Shown piece after piece: positions 18,904-28,113 of a DNA stretch of 43,088 bases. The position numbers and the translations under genes are program-made. This stretch comes from Ferruginibacter sp. (GTDB lineage Bacteria > Bacteroidota > Bacteroidia > Chitinophagales > Chitinophagaceae). Position 1 is the stretch's first letter. The number at the start of each line of letters is the position of its first letter. The notes beneath the pieces are model-generated. The model was not told where the DNA came from. It saw only the letters and a list, made by a program, of their open reading frames with translations, and searched no databases. The DNA is taken from positions 1-43,088 of the forward strand of contig DATHEH010000217.1 in the NCBI GenBank assembly GCA_035318685.1, written 5' to 3'.

Positions 18904-20449
18904 AACCCAGTTCTTTAAATACGGTTAATAAATCATTTTTAGATTGGGCTTCGGCTTTCAGCATATCAACAAATTGCGTTTTTAATGCATTCATTTTTTC
19001 ATCAAAGTCAATATTCTCATCCCGGTTTACAAACTCTATGTATTTGCTTGGCACCAGTGAATAATCTTTCTTTACTACTTCCTCATATTTTGCTGTGCAA
19101 TAAAACTCCGGAATGTTTTCAATAGCTTCTGCCTGCCATTGGTGATAAGTGGCAGTTACTTTTTTAATATCAGCATCCGAAAACTGGGTGTATTTTTTTT
19201 CAAAGGGTTCGCCCATTTGCCGCAGATCCATAAAAAGAATTTCTTTTTCCCTATTGCGGAACTGGCGTTTTTCATCACCTACATTTTTGCTTTGTGCTTT
19301 TTTGTTTTTATTCAATATCCAAAGCGTAACACTGATATCGGTGGTGTAAAATAAATTGCGGGGCAATACCAAAATGGCTTCCACCAGATTATTTTCTATT
19401 AAGGTTTTGCGTATTTTATATTCTTCGCCACCGCCGCTTAATGCGCCGTTTGCCAATATAAAACCAGCCACACCATTATCGCTTAGTTTGCTTACCATAT
19501 TCAGTATCCAGGCATAGTTGGCGTTGCTTTTAGGTGGCACATCGTAACCACGCCAGCGGGGGTCGTCAACCAGTTCTTTATCGGCCCGCCAGTCTTTTTG
19601 GTTAAAGGGCGGGTTGGCCATTATGTAATCGGCTTTCAGGTCTTTGTGCTGGTCGTCGCCAAATGTATCGGCGGCTTTTTCGCCCAGGTTGGCACTTATG
19701 CCCCGTATGGCCAGGTTCATCTTGGCCAGTTTGTAGGTGGTGTTGGTGTATTCCTGTCCGTAAATAGATACTTCTTTTTTGTTGCCGTGGTGGTTCTCAA
19801 TAAACTTAATGGATTGTACAAACATACCACCCGAGCCACAGGCGGGATCGTAAATAATGCCTTTGTAAGGCTCTATCATTTCGGCTATCAGGTTTACAAT
19901 ACTTTTAGGGGTATAAAATTCTCCCTTGCCCTTTCCTTCGGCCAGGGCAAACTTACTGAGGAAGTATTCGTACACCCGGCCCACAATATCCTGTGCCTTG
20001 TCTTTAAGGGTATCCATATCGTTGATGGTATCCAACAGCGAAGCCAGTTTAGTAATATCCAAACCCAGGCGGCTGAAATAATTATCGGGCAGGGCTCCTT
20101 TAAGAGCTTTGTTGTTCTTTTCAATATGGTGCAGGGCGGTATCAATCTTTAAAGCAATATCGTTTTGCTTGCTGTTTTTAATGATATAGCTCCACCGGCT
20201 GTTCTCATCTAAATAAAACACATTGTCTTTATTGTAGAAGTCGGGCATTTCAATGTACTTCTCTTTGCCATCGGCAATTAGTTTTTTACGATGCAGTTCA
20301 AACTTATCGCTGGCAAACTTTAAGAAGATCAATCCAAGTACTACGTGTTTGTATTCGGCAGGCTCAACACTGCCCCGGAGTTTATTGGCGCTTTCCCACA
20401 GGGTTACTTCTATGCTTTTCTCTTTTACTGCTTTTTTTTGCTTGTCCAT
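18887..20449 (-). CDS. hsdM: Type I R-M N6-adenine methyltransferase
   Basis: 'GEFYTP'; 'DPACGSGG'; 'NPPF'; 'LWESANKLRG' N-terminal domain. Confidence 0.96.
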   Translation of the reverse strand: MDKQKKAVKEKSIEVTLWESANKLRGSVEPAEYKHVVLGLIFLKFASDKFELHRKKLIADGKEKYIEMPDFYNKDNVFYLDENSRWSYIIKNSKQNDIALKIDTALHHIEKNNKALKGALPDNYFSRLGLDITKLASLLDTINDMDTLKDKAQDIVGRVYEYFLSKFALAEGKGKGEFYTPKSIVNLIAEMIEPYKGIIYDPACGSGGMFVQSIKFIENHHGNKKEVSIYGQEYTNTTYKLAKMNLAIRGISANLGEKAADTFGDDQHKDLKADYIMANPPFNQKDWRADKELVDDPRWRGYDVPPKSNANYAWILNMVSKLSDNGVAGFILANGALSGGGEEYKIRKTLIENNLVEAILVLPRNLFYTTDISVTLWILNKNKKAQSKNVGDEKRQFRNREKEILFMDLRQMGEPFEKKYTQFSDADIKKVTATYHQWQAEAIENIPEFYCTAKYEEVVKKDYSLVPSKYIEFVNRDENIDFDEKMNALKTQFVDMLKAEAQSKNDLLTVFKELGYEIKL

Positions 20450-20559
20450 TAAATGAAGCCGATGTTAGTTTTGGAATATTTGCAAGGTAAATCAATTGGT
20501 TATCTAGTTCCCAAGCAGGAGGCACAAATATTTTCAAGCATTTTTTTAATACCTCAATT

Positions 20560-22101
20560 TTATTCCTGATCACCTGAGAGAATTTTTTCACTCGATAAAT
20601 TTATCAGGTTCTCCGGCAGGCTCTTTTTGGTTTTTAATCCAAGATCTTTCAATTTGGTTGCCTGTGTAACCAGGTTATCATTTCCCGTTGCCAGCTGCTT
20701 AAAAGCTTCGCCATATTTGTTTTGAGCTTTTTGTAAATGATCGCCTACATCCTCAAGGTTTGAGATAAAGCTCACGAATTTATCATACAACTTAGCACCC
20801 CGCTCTGCGATCTCATTCGCATTCTGGTTCTGGTATTCGCGTTTCCAAAGATCTGCTATCAGTTTCAATGAAGTGATCAGGTTAGTCGGACTCAATAACA
20901 ATATCCTTTTATCGTAAGCATAATTCCAGAGTTCCGGGTCAGCCTGTAGTGCAGCAATATAAGCCGGTTCACTTGGGATGAACATCATTACAAAATCCAG
21001 GCTTTTATTATAATCATCATATCCTTTAGCACTAAGCAGGCTGATATGTTTTTTTATACAGGCAACGTGTTCATTCAGCTCATTCATCCTGATGGCGTCA
21101 TCCATTGCATTTACACATCTTTCAAAAGAATTCAGCGATACTTTTGAGTCAATGATAACATGTCGGTTATCCGGGTACTTGATCACAGCATCCGGCCGCA
21201 TTTTCTTCTCCCCGTTATCCGAGCGTAATGGATTTCCCTGTTCATCAGATAACTGATGTTCCATAAAGTACTCCCGGTTTTTTACCAGCCCGGAACGTTC
21301 AAGAATATTTTCAAGTATCATTTCACCCCATCCCCCCTGGGTTTTGGATTCTGATTTCAATGCACGGGTAAGATTATTAGCCTCTTCGCTGATCTTTCGA
21401 TTCAATTCGGCAAGTTCTTTTACACGTTCGCCCAAAGAGAATCGCTGTTGTGATTCTTTATGATAAACTTCTTCAACCTTGGTTTTAAACTCAGTGATAT
21501 TTTTACCCAGAGGTTCCAGGATCAGGTTCAGGTTTGCTTTATTCAACTCGGTAAACTTTTCGGTCTTTGTTTCAAGAATACGATTGGCAATATTCTCAAA
21601 TTCCAGGTTGAATTTCTTGTTTAACAGCTCCATCTCGTTTTTCTGGGTAGTAAGTTTCTCCCCAAGGGCGTCATTGTTTGCAGTTTGACTGGCAAGTCGT
21701 TGCAAAGCTGTTGAGAGTTCCTGCTTTATTGAACGCAGTTCTTCTTTAAGTGTTTCTGCTTCCGTGTTCTTATCCTGCACACCCTGGTTAGTTGCCCTCA
21801 GGTCAGCCTTTGCGCCGGCAAGCAATGCGCCCGATTCAGCAAGCTGGCCCTGGATTTCTTTTGCTGATTGCAACGAGGCCGTTAACTCAGCCGCCTGGAT
21901 TTGTAGTTGTTGGCGTACATTTTCCAGTTGGGAATTTTGTGTGGCCTGATAACCAACGAATTCCTTTTCAAGTTCAATATATTGTTGTTGATTCACTGCA
22001 TTTTTCTTTTCCCATGCAGTGCGGCCATTTGATTTTCCGAGCACCCAGCCGATCAGTGTTCCGATTGCTAGACCGGCAAGCAAGTATAAGACCATGTCCA
22101 T
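20560..22101 (-). CDS. rmuC: DNA recombination protein RmuC
   Basis: N-terminal TM, long coiled coil, 'QGGWGEMILE', 'RPDAVI..IIDSK', 'DFVMMFIPSE'. Confidence 0.93.
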   Translation of the reverse strand: MDMVLYLLAGLAIGTLIGWVLGKSNGRTAWEKKNAVNQQQYIELEKEFVGYQATQNSQLENVRQQLQIQAAELTASLQSAKEIQGQLAESGALLAGAKADLRATNQGVQDKNTEAETLKEELRSIKQELSTALQRLASQTANNDALGEKLTTQKNEMELLNKKFNLEFENIANRILETKTEKFTELNKANLNLILEPLGKNITEFKTKVEEVYHKESQQRFSLGERVKELAELNRKISEEANNLTRALKSESKTQGGWGEMILENILERSGLVKNREYFMEHQLSDEQGNPLRSDNGEKKMRPDAVIKYPDNRHVIIDSKVSLNSFERCVNAMDDAIRMNELNEHVACIKKHISLLSAKGYDDYNKSLDFVMMFIPSEPAYIAALQADPELWNYAYDKRILLLSPTNLITSLKLIADLWKREYQNQNANEIAERGAKLYDKFVSFISNLEDVGDHLQKAQNKYGEAFKQLATGNDNLVTQATKLKDLGLKTKKSLPENLINLSSEKILSGDQE

Positions 22102-22223
22102 AGCGTAATATTAATTATGAAGAGGAACTTCGTTATGAGAAACTTTAAAAAGGGTGCGGATTAAATTTACTACAACTTTATTACTTTTTGGGCCACTATA
22201 TTGAGCGTTTCAAAGATAATTTT

Positions 22224-22469
22224 CTAGCTTTTGCTCATAACACAACGAACAAATTTATCCCTGGGCCTTGGAGCCGGAATTTCCCTACAACATGATGTAA
22301 TAGCTACCCTGATGGCCGACTCTGATTTTGATGGATAGTTTTTCCTGATCCTGGAGGCCAAATAGTCAACTTCCCACGCTTCTTCGCAGGAAAAGAAAAA
22401 ACGGTCCATATATCTTTTCTTTTTGTTGTCATATTCCGACCAATCTTCATTTAAAATTTTTTCTGGCAT
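22224..22469 (-). CDS. Small hypothetical protein
   Basis: 81-aa ORF with AT-rich leader, co-oriented with neighbours. Confidence 0.65.
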   Translation of the reverse strand: MPEKILNEDWSEYDNKKKRYMDRFFFSCEEAWEVDYLASRIRKNYPSKSESAIRVAITSCCREIPAPRPRDKFVRCVMSKS

Positions 22470-22508
22470 GATTAATAGTTTTTGTTAGTAAATAAAAAGA
22501 TTAAGAAT

Positions 22509-22715
22509 TTATTGGGTATGACATTCTGGTGAACAAGTCTTACACCCGTTAACCAGGTCATAATGATTTTTCGCTGCAATTACCGCAGGCTTGCAATTGG
22601 AAAACTCTCCCAAAAATTTTCTGTTTTGAGAATTAGGAAGATATATGCAATCTTCATGATGAACTTCATGATCGCCGTTGCTCTGGGCGTTATCATTAAC
22701 ATAATACTTTTTCAT
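22509..22715 (-). CDS. Small Cys/His-rich protein (68 aa)
   Basis: 'HEVH..DC', 'CKTC...CH'; ATG 22715 lies downstream of the -7 box at 22737-22744. Confidence 0.75.
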   Translation of the reverse strand: MKKYYVNDNAQSNGDHEVHHEDCIYLPNSQNRKFLGEFSNCKPAVIAAKNHYDLVNGCKTCSPECHTQ

Positions 22716-22736
22716 ACTTATAAATTTTAGTATGAT

Positions 22737-22781
22737 CAAAAATATTTGTTATAGAGTCCAAAATTTTACGGGAACCCTTTA
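22737..22781 (-). promoter_or_regulatory. -7 box plus degenerate palindromic operator
   Basis: TATTTTTG (minus, 22737-22744), 21-bp gap, TTACGGGAACCCTTTA at 22766-22781. Confidence 0.6.
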
Positions 22782-22800
22782 AAAGCATGATCCCAGTTGA

Positions 22801-23013
22801 TCAGTGGTAACAATACCCGCATTCCCGTCTATGCCTGGCTTTTGCAGTTGCAATATCAATGGCTTCAATATCTGTAGAGCACCTTCTCAATCCCTGGCAA
22901 TGACTTGATTTGTGGTATACTTTTGACTGTGGGCCGTTGCAGAGATAGACCATGTCGCTGCTGCTGCAGCCTAGCAGGCTTATAACAACTACAAGGACGA
23001 ACTTTTGCATCAT
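22801..23013 (-). CDS. Small Cys/His-rich lipoprotein
   Basis: Lipobox LLGC; 'VYLC...VYH...C..L..C...CGYC'. Confidence 0.75.
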   Translation of the reverse strand: MMQKFVLVVVISLLGCSSSDMVYLCNGPQSKVYHKSSHCQGLRRCSTDIEAIDIATAKARHRRECGYCYH

Positions 23014-23022
23014 TATAGCTTT

Positions 23023-23571
23023 TTAATGTTTCCTCCAGTTCCAAGGGGCAATCGGATTTGGTTCACTCCAAAGCCCGGCCTTATTAGTCCTGGCTACTAT
23101 TTCTAATTGTGCATATGCTGCATCGCTGGAGTATTTTTTAAAGTGCCATGCCAATCCATTTTTAACAAGCCGCTTATTTAGGTTGCTGCCATCGGGTAAA
23201 ATTATTTCGGCGATCAGGCGTTTGTTCCTGTCGTATTTATTATTTTGAACTAGCCTAACATACTTTCCGAAACACAGGTCAGCCGCAAACTGTTTTGCCT
23301 TATTGCCAAAGGGTTGCTTTTTTTCGGGGCAGTCAATATGAGCCAGTCTTATAACCTGTTCTTTACCATCTACAAGTAATACAAAAGTATCTCCGTCCTT
23401 TATGCCAATAACTTTACAGACTGTTTGATCTGTCTTGTTTGTATGGATGCTGCCTGCAAATATTTTAAGACTTGTATCCTTTTTACCATCGTGATGATCG
23501 CAGCTTAGCAACCATGCAAGCAGGAAGGAAAAGAATAGCCGGGTAACAGGTTTTATATAATTATGCTTCAT
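23023..23571 (-). CDS. Thermonuclease (SNase-like) lipoprotein
   Basis: 'DGDT', 'IRLAHIDCPE', 'DRNKRLIA', 'LVKNGLAW', 'GLW..P..PWNWR'; lipobox LLSC. Confidence 0.92.
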   Translation of the reverse strand: MKHNYIKPVTRLFFSFLLAWLLSCDHHDGKKDTSLKIFAGSIHTNKTDQTVCKVIGIKDGDTFVLLVDGKEQVIRLAHIDCPEKKQPFGNKAKQFAADLCFGKYVRLVQNNKYDRNKRLIAEIILPDGSNLNKRLVKNGLAWHFKKYSSDAAYAQLEIVARTNKAGLWSEPNPIAPWNWRKH

Positions 23572-24349
23572 TTTTCTTAGGCCAGTTCAATAGCCAGCTG
23601 GTTATAATAGGTATAAAGAAAATAGCTACTGTCAATACAGAGATGCCGATATCGGCAGCATGGCTGCTTAAAAATTTGCTCGTGGGTGATGCAGGGAAAA
23701 AATGCTCGTACAGTGAAAGTAAAAGTTTTACCCCTAAAACCCCTATTACAATAAAAGCAGCTGTTTCTAAAAAATTGTATTTCTCCATCAACTTCACAAA
23801 CCACTGGGCAATAAAGCGCATTGCTAAGATGCCTATAAAAACGCCCGTACACACCAAGATGATATTAGGCGTAAAAGCTACGGCTGCAAAAACATTGTCG
23901 ATAGAGAATGCCATATCCATCAGCTCTACCAGGCAAACGGTTGCCCAGAAATTTCCAAGCGATCCAACGGTAATCTTGTAAAGCCAGTTGCCCTTTTTGT
24001 CTATAAAATCATCTTCCTTTGTTTCTGTCTGTTTTCCTTTGTACCAATCATACACGAGGTACAAAAGATATAGCCCCCCCAGCGGTTTCAGCCACCATAT
24101 CTTTATCAGAACGGCTGCGAATACCATTGCCAACCCTCTAAAGATGTATGCACCCCATATTCCATATTTTAATGCTTTGCTTCGCTGCTTTTCAGGCAGG
24201 TCCATCACCATGGTGGCCAGTACGGCTGCATTGTCAACAGATAGCAGGCTCTCGATAATGATGAGGTTACCGATGACAGCCATGGATGCACCGGGACGGC
24301 TTACAATATCCTGCCAAAGTACGCTGAATTGATGAAGTATATCGTTCAT
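23561..24349 (-). CDS. terC: TerC-family membrane protein
   Basis: 'ESLLSVDNA', 'GAYIFR', 'ELMDMAFSIDNV'; multiple TM helices. Confidence 0.92.
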   Translation of the reverse strand: MNDILHQFSVLWQDIVSRPGASMAVIGNLIIIESLLSVDNAAVLATMVMDLPEKQRSKALKYGIWGAYIFRGLAMVFAAVLIKIWWLKPLGGLYLLYLVYDWYKGKQTETKEDDFIDKKGNWLYKITVGSLGNFWATVCLVELMDMAFSIDNVFAAVAFTPNIILVCTGVFIGILAMRFIAQWFVKLMEKYNFLETAAFIVIGVLGVKLLLSLYEHFFPASPTSKFLSSHAADIGISVLTVAIFFIPIITSWLLNWPKKNEA

Positions 24350-24362
24350 AGCTTTTGTTTAT

Positions 24363-24560
24363 CTATATCTTTTTTATCACGGCTTTTACAGCCGATAGTA
24401 AAAAAATGATGAGGAATGCTGCCAGCAGCGGTGCAAATACATCCAGCCAGCCTATGCTTTTTAAAAATATTTTCAGGATAAACAACATGCCGGTAAATAC
24501 AATGCCCATATAAACCAGGATAGCCTTAAGGCCCGTACTCCTTTTCTTCTTTTTTCCCAC
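24363..24560 (-). CDS. Small two-TM membrane protein
   Basis: Basic N-terminus, two hydrophobic helices; GTG start; fits the operon spacing. Confidence 0.7.
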   Translation of the reverse strand: MGKKKKRSTGLKAILVYMGIVFTGMLFILKIFLKSIGWLDVFAPLLAAFLIIFLLSAVKAVIKKI

Positions 24561-24577
24561 GATGCCGCGTTAAATGA

Positions 24578-25324
24578 TCATTGAAATACTATTTCTACCC
24601 GCCTGTTCTTTATGCGCCCTTCTTCCGTATCATTGGAACCGATCGGATTGCCGATACCCTTACCGGTGGCGTTGATCCTGGCGGCGGCGATGCCTTTTGA
24701 AACCAGGTAGCTTTTAAAAGCATCGGCCCTTAACTGCGATATTTGTTGATTAACGGCCAAGTTGCCTTCGCTGCTGGCATACCCATGCACATTGATCACC
24801 GAACCGGAATTTTTTTGCAGGAAGGTAATAATGTCTTTTACTAAAGACTGATCCAGGTTATTGATCGCATTCGACCCTTTCGCAAATGTTGCAGGCGTCT
24901 TGTTGTTAAGGCCGGTGGAGGAAATAGTAGTTGGTTGACCGGCATTGTTATCATTGACAGGTTGAGCAGCGATATTAGCGGTTTTTTCTGTAGTACTTGC
25001 AATGTTTGTGTTTTCTGGCTTCATAATAGCAACAGTATCTCCAGTAGTTTGTGTTACTTCAGTTTGATCGCTGGAATTGGTCTTAGCCACGTTTGAATCC
25101 GCTGTTGCTATTGTAGCTGTAGTGTTCTCTGTATGCGGGCCGGAGCTTGACGAGAAATACCAAGCGGCTATGCCTGCAACCAGTAAGCCGGCTATAACAA
25201 AAGGCCAGGCTTTAGACCTTCGTTTTCCCTGTTCAGCGCCGGCTATAGTTGACGGATTGTCTTTTGAAAGATCAAACTTCGATGATGAGTTTGCTCCTTC
25301 GTTTTTATTAAGATTGAATGCCAT
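24578..25324 (-). CDS. Single-TM protein with C-terminal OmpA/MotB peptidoglycan-binding domain
   Basis: 'N..ISQLRA..', 'G.G..NP..SN....GR..NRRVEI'; Thr/Asn-rich linker. Confidence 0.9.
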   Translation of the reverse strand: MAFNLNKNEGANSSSKFDLSKDNPSTIAGAEQGKRRSKAWPFVIAGLLVAGIAAWYFSSSSGPHTENTTATIATADSNVAKTNSSDQTEVTQTTGDTVAIMKPENTNIASTTEKTANIAAQPVNDNNAGQPTTISSTGLNNKTPATFAKGSNAINNLDQSLVKDIITFLQKNSGSVINVHGYASSEGNLAVNQQISQLRADAFKSYLVSKGIAAARINATGKGIGNPIGSNDTEEGRIKNRRVEIVFQ

Positions 25325-25351
25325 GATGATCGGTTTATGGTTTACTAAAAA

Positions 25352-26005
25352 TTAAGTGTACATATCTACGAGTGTCTGTAGGCTGCCGGTATGCCCTCTG
25401 CCCATGGCTTCAAATTCCCAGCTGTTGCCCACACGGAATAGCCTTCCAAACTCGATGGCATCATTATTGTTAGATTCTTTCGCCAGGTCGTACCGGAGTA
25501 TTTCATTCCCTGTTGTTTCATCTGCAATGCGGATATAACAATCGTCTACCATACCGAAATTTTGGTCCAGTGTTCTTCTGTCCTTTTTATTATCATTGGG
25601 GTATTTGCATATCGAAGCGCATATGATGATCTGCTCTATCTTGTCATTCACTTTGGTAAGATCAATGATCATATCCTCGTCATCCTCGCCATCGCTTCGC
25701 TTTCCATCCGGGTCATCAATGGCGCCTAAGATGGAACGGTCATCGGTAACCGGCCGGAACAATCCTTTTTCCATTTTATCTTCCACGCAGTTGCCCATAC
25801 GCACCTGTCCGTAAAAAACAAAATAGCTGTCGGAAGAAATTTTGAAATTGCTGTTGATGGCAAATGCAGATACATCCAGGTCAAAGTCAGGCCCGCCAGG
25901 TTCCTCATTGGGATCCCAGCCCATGCCTATACGGACAGTTGACAAGCCAGGCGCCGCCTTCGATAAGGAGAATCTCTCTCCCTTACTTAAATTAAAACTT
26001 CCCAT
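25352..26005 (-). CDS. terD: TerD-family protein
   Basis: 'GMGWD', 'DLDVSAF', 'FVFYG', 'DDED', 'WEFEAMG'; start set at MGSFNLSKGE. Confidence 0.9.
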   Translation of the reverse strand: MGSFNLSKGERFSLSKAAPGLSTVRIGMGWDPNEEPGGPDFDLDVSAFAINSNFKISSDSYFVFYGQVRMGNCVEDKMEKGLFRPVTDDRSILGAIDDPDGKRSDGEDDEDMIIDLTKVNDKIEQIIICASICKYPNDNKKDRRTLDQNFGMVDDCYIRIADETTGNEILRYDLAKESNNNDAIEFGRLFRVGNSWEFEAMGRGHTGSLQTLVDMYT

Positions 26006-26021
26006 ATTTTTTGTTTTTATT

Positions 26022-26588
26022 TTACTGATACAATTCAATTAATGTGGCTAACCCGCCTGAAAAGGGCTGTCCCAATGCTTCCACATTCCAGGCCCCACCA
26101 TTACGTGATATAGAAGCGATGATCAGGGAGTCCTGTCCGTCAAAGCTTTCTTTTAATTGGTACTCGCATAGAACAGTGTTATCTGCACCGTTGCGTATCT
26201 TGATGAAGGAGTTCTCTACAATCCCGAAATGATGGCCTCGGGTTTCAGATTGGTGGATAGTAATGGCAAAGTATAAGTACTCAACACGGTTGTCCATTTT
26301 AGAAAGATCGATCTTGATGGATTCATCATCTCCATCACCATCGCCATCGCGGCTGTCGCCCGTATGCATTACGGCGCCATCAGGACTTTTGAGGTTATTA
26401 TAAAAAACGAAGTGTTCCTCGGAAACCAGCTTGCCGTTTGCACCCAGTAAAAAAACACTTACGTCACAGTCTACCGGTACGCCGTTGATGGTCGCTTCAT
26501 CCCATCCGAGCCCTGCTACAATATGCTGCATACCGGGTTTTTCTTTTACCAACGAAATGGGTTTCTTTTTTTCTAATGTTATCGCCAT
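26022..26588 (-). CDS. terD: TerD-family protein
   Basis: 'GLGWD', 'FVFYNNLKSPDG.V.HTGD...GDGDGDDE'; start set at MAITLEKK. Confidence 0.93.
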   Translation of the reverse strand: MAITLEKKKPISLVKEKPGMQHIVAGLGWDEATINGVPVDCDVSVFLLGANGKLVSEEHFVFYNNLKSPDGAVMHTGDSRDGDGDGDDESIKIDLSKMDNRVEYLYFAITIHQSETRGHHFGIVENSFIKIRNGADNTVLCEYQLKESFDGQDSLIIASISRNGGAWNVEALGQPFSGGLATLIELYQ

Positions 26589-26622
26589 GATTGAAATTTT
26601 TAATTTTAATTGATCGGTATTA

Positions 26623-28107
26623 CTATTTTTTGGGTGGCAACGGGGGCAGTGCAATTTTTTCTACCTGTACATATTTTTTTCCGCTGGTGCCAATAACTTT
26701 CACTTTTGATCCTGCCGCGATTTCGTTTTTTTCTGTGATGGCTTCGTATATTTTGTTATTGATCTCTACCTTGCCGCTAAGCGATAATTTGGATATTACT
26801 ATTCCCACCCTGCCAACAAGCATGTTCAAATTCACGCAGGAAGGCAGGGGAGGGGAATTAATGATTTCATTGTTTTTTTTGGGTGGCAGCGCCGGAGGCA
26901 ATTTTACTGCCGGCTTTTCTGGCTCTCTTGTTTTTACCGGCGGCAAACCAGGCTTCGCAACCGCAGGAGGATCTTTTAATTCATTCCTGTCGGGTATAAC
27001 AAGAGGATGACCCGGACTAACAGCATGCACTGCATATCCCGAAGCCGCTATCCTGGAAAAGATCAGCTTCGTCGTTTCCAGGTCGTCGGCTGTTCCGATA
27101 CCTTTTACATGCGGGTATTTCTTCAATAGCTTATTGGAAAAATAAACAGTATTGATCTCTTCGCTTGCTAATAATATAGTGGTGGTTTTAACATCAAGAC
27201 CATAGGTTTTAACCAGGTCGTCAAGGGCAGTATAGATCACGCTGTCGGCCGATAAGAACAACAGCCGTTCTTCCAGGTTTCTTTCATTTACCCTGAAGTA
27301 ATAAGGCTTACCGTCTGATAAAGTGGCTTCTCCTTTTATGATAGGCGAGATATTATGCAAGAGGCCTGAAGCATAAGGTAAAATAGAGGCGATCTCCGCC
27401 TCCTTATTTATAGACAAAAAAGGGTTTTGTAAAACGATGTATTCCAGGATCATGTCGGCTAAAATGCTCACCCTTGGGTCAGAGCCCTGTCCTTCTATTT
27501 TTGTGTGGCTGACGAGACCTTCGGAAAGATCTTTGTACAGCTCTACATACAAGTTGTTATCGATACCGGTAAGCTTAATGATCGAAGCTTTATTGGTAAT
27601 GATCCTTTTTTCCTGCAACACTTCAAACAGGCTTTCATTGTATTCCACCCGCTGCACATTGGTATAGCCTGCATCCGTGAACAAGGCTTCCACCAATGCT
27701 TTTTCTTTTTCTTCCATATCCGGTTCAAACAGGAAGCGAAGCGGGAAAAGATTGCGGTAGGTTTCAATAGAATCGCTTTTGTATAGTACGGTATTGATAA
27801 AATGAGATAAGTATTTCTCTATACCATAATAAAAAAGCTGCTTTACCGGTTTCTTATTACCTGAAATGGTAAAATGGAGGCTGGGGTCTTTTACAACTTC
27901 AAAATAATTTCCAAAAGCATTCGGGTCGTTTGAATAGAATCGATCCCTGGCAATACCTCCAAAAAGAAAATCATTGCCGTTTACATAGAAGAATAAAGGA
28001 ATTTCGTTCGACTCTTTAATTACCAGCGGGATATAGGAGTTCCCTTCTGTTTGATACCAGAATGAGACCATCCGCTTTGTAATTTTTACCAGCACACAAA
28101 AATTCAT
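26623..28107 (-). CDS. Hypothetical protein: unknown (possibly degenerate Hsp70/actin-like) N-domain, Pro-rich linker, C-terminal NfeD-like OB fold
   Basis: C-terminal 'VGRVG.V...L..SGKVEI....YEA......I..G.KVKV' resembles NfeD-C; the N-domain assignment is tentative. Confidence 0.65.
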   Translation of the reverse strand: MNFCVLVKITKRMVSFWYQTEGNSYIPLVIKESNEIPLFFYVNGNDFLFGGIARDRFYSNDPNAFGNYFEVVKDPSLHFTISGNKKPVKQLFYYGIEKYLSHFINTVLYKSDSIETYRNLFPLRFLFEPDMEEKEKALVEALFTDAGYTNVQRVEYNESLFEVLQEKRIITNKASIIKLTGIDNNLYVELYKDLSEGLVSHTKIEGQGSDPRVSILADMILEYIVLQNPFLSINKEAEIASILPYASGLLHNISPIIKGEATLSDGKPYYFRVNERNLEERLLFLSADSVIYTALDDLVKTYGLDVKTTTILLASEEINTVYFSNKLLKKYPHVKGIGTADDLETTKLIFSRIAASGYAVHAVSPGHPLVIPDRNELKDPPAVAKPGLPPVKTREPEKPAVKLPPALPPKKNNEIINSPPLPSCVNLNMLVGRVGIVISKLSLSGKVEINNKIYEAITEKNEIAAGSKVKVIGTSGKKYVQVEKIALPPLPPKK

Positions 28108-28113
28108 AACAGC

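Noticed and set aside
23561-26588. Complete tellurite-resistance operon
   Set aside because: Only TerC and two TerD are recognisable; the phenotype cannot be read from family names.
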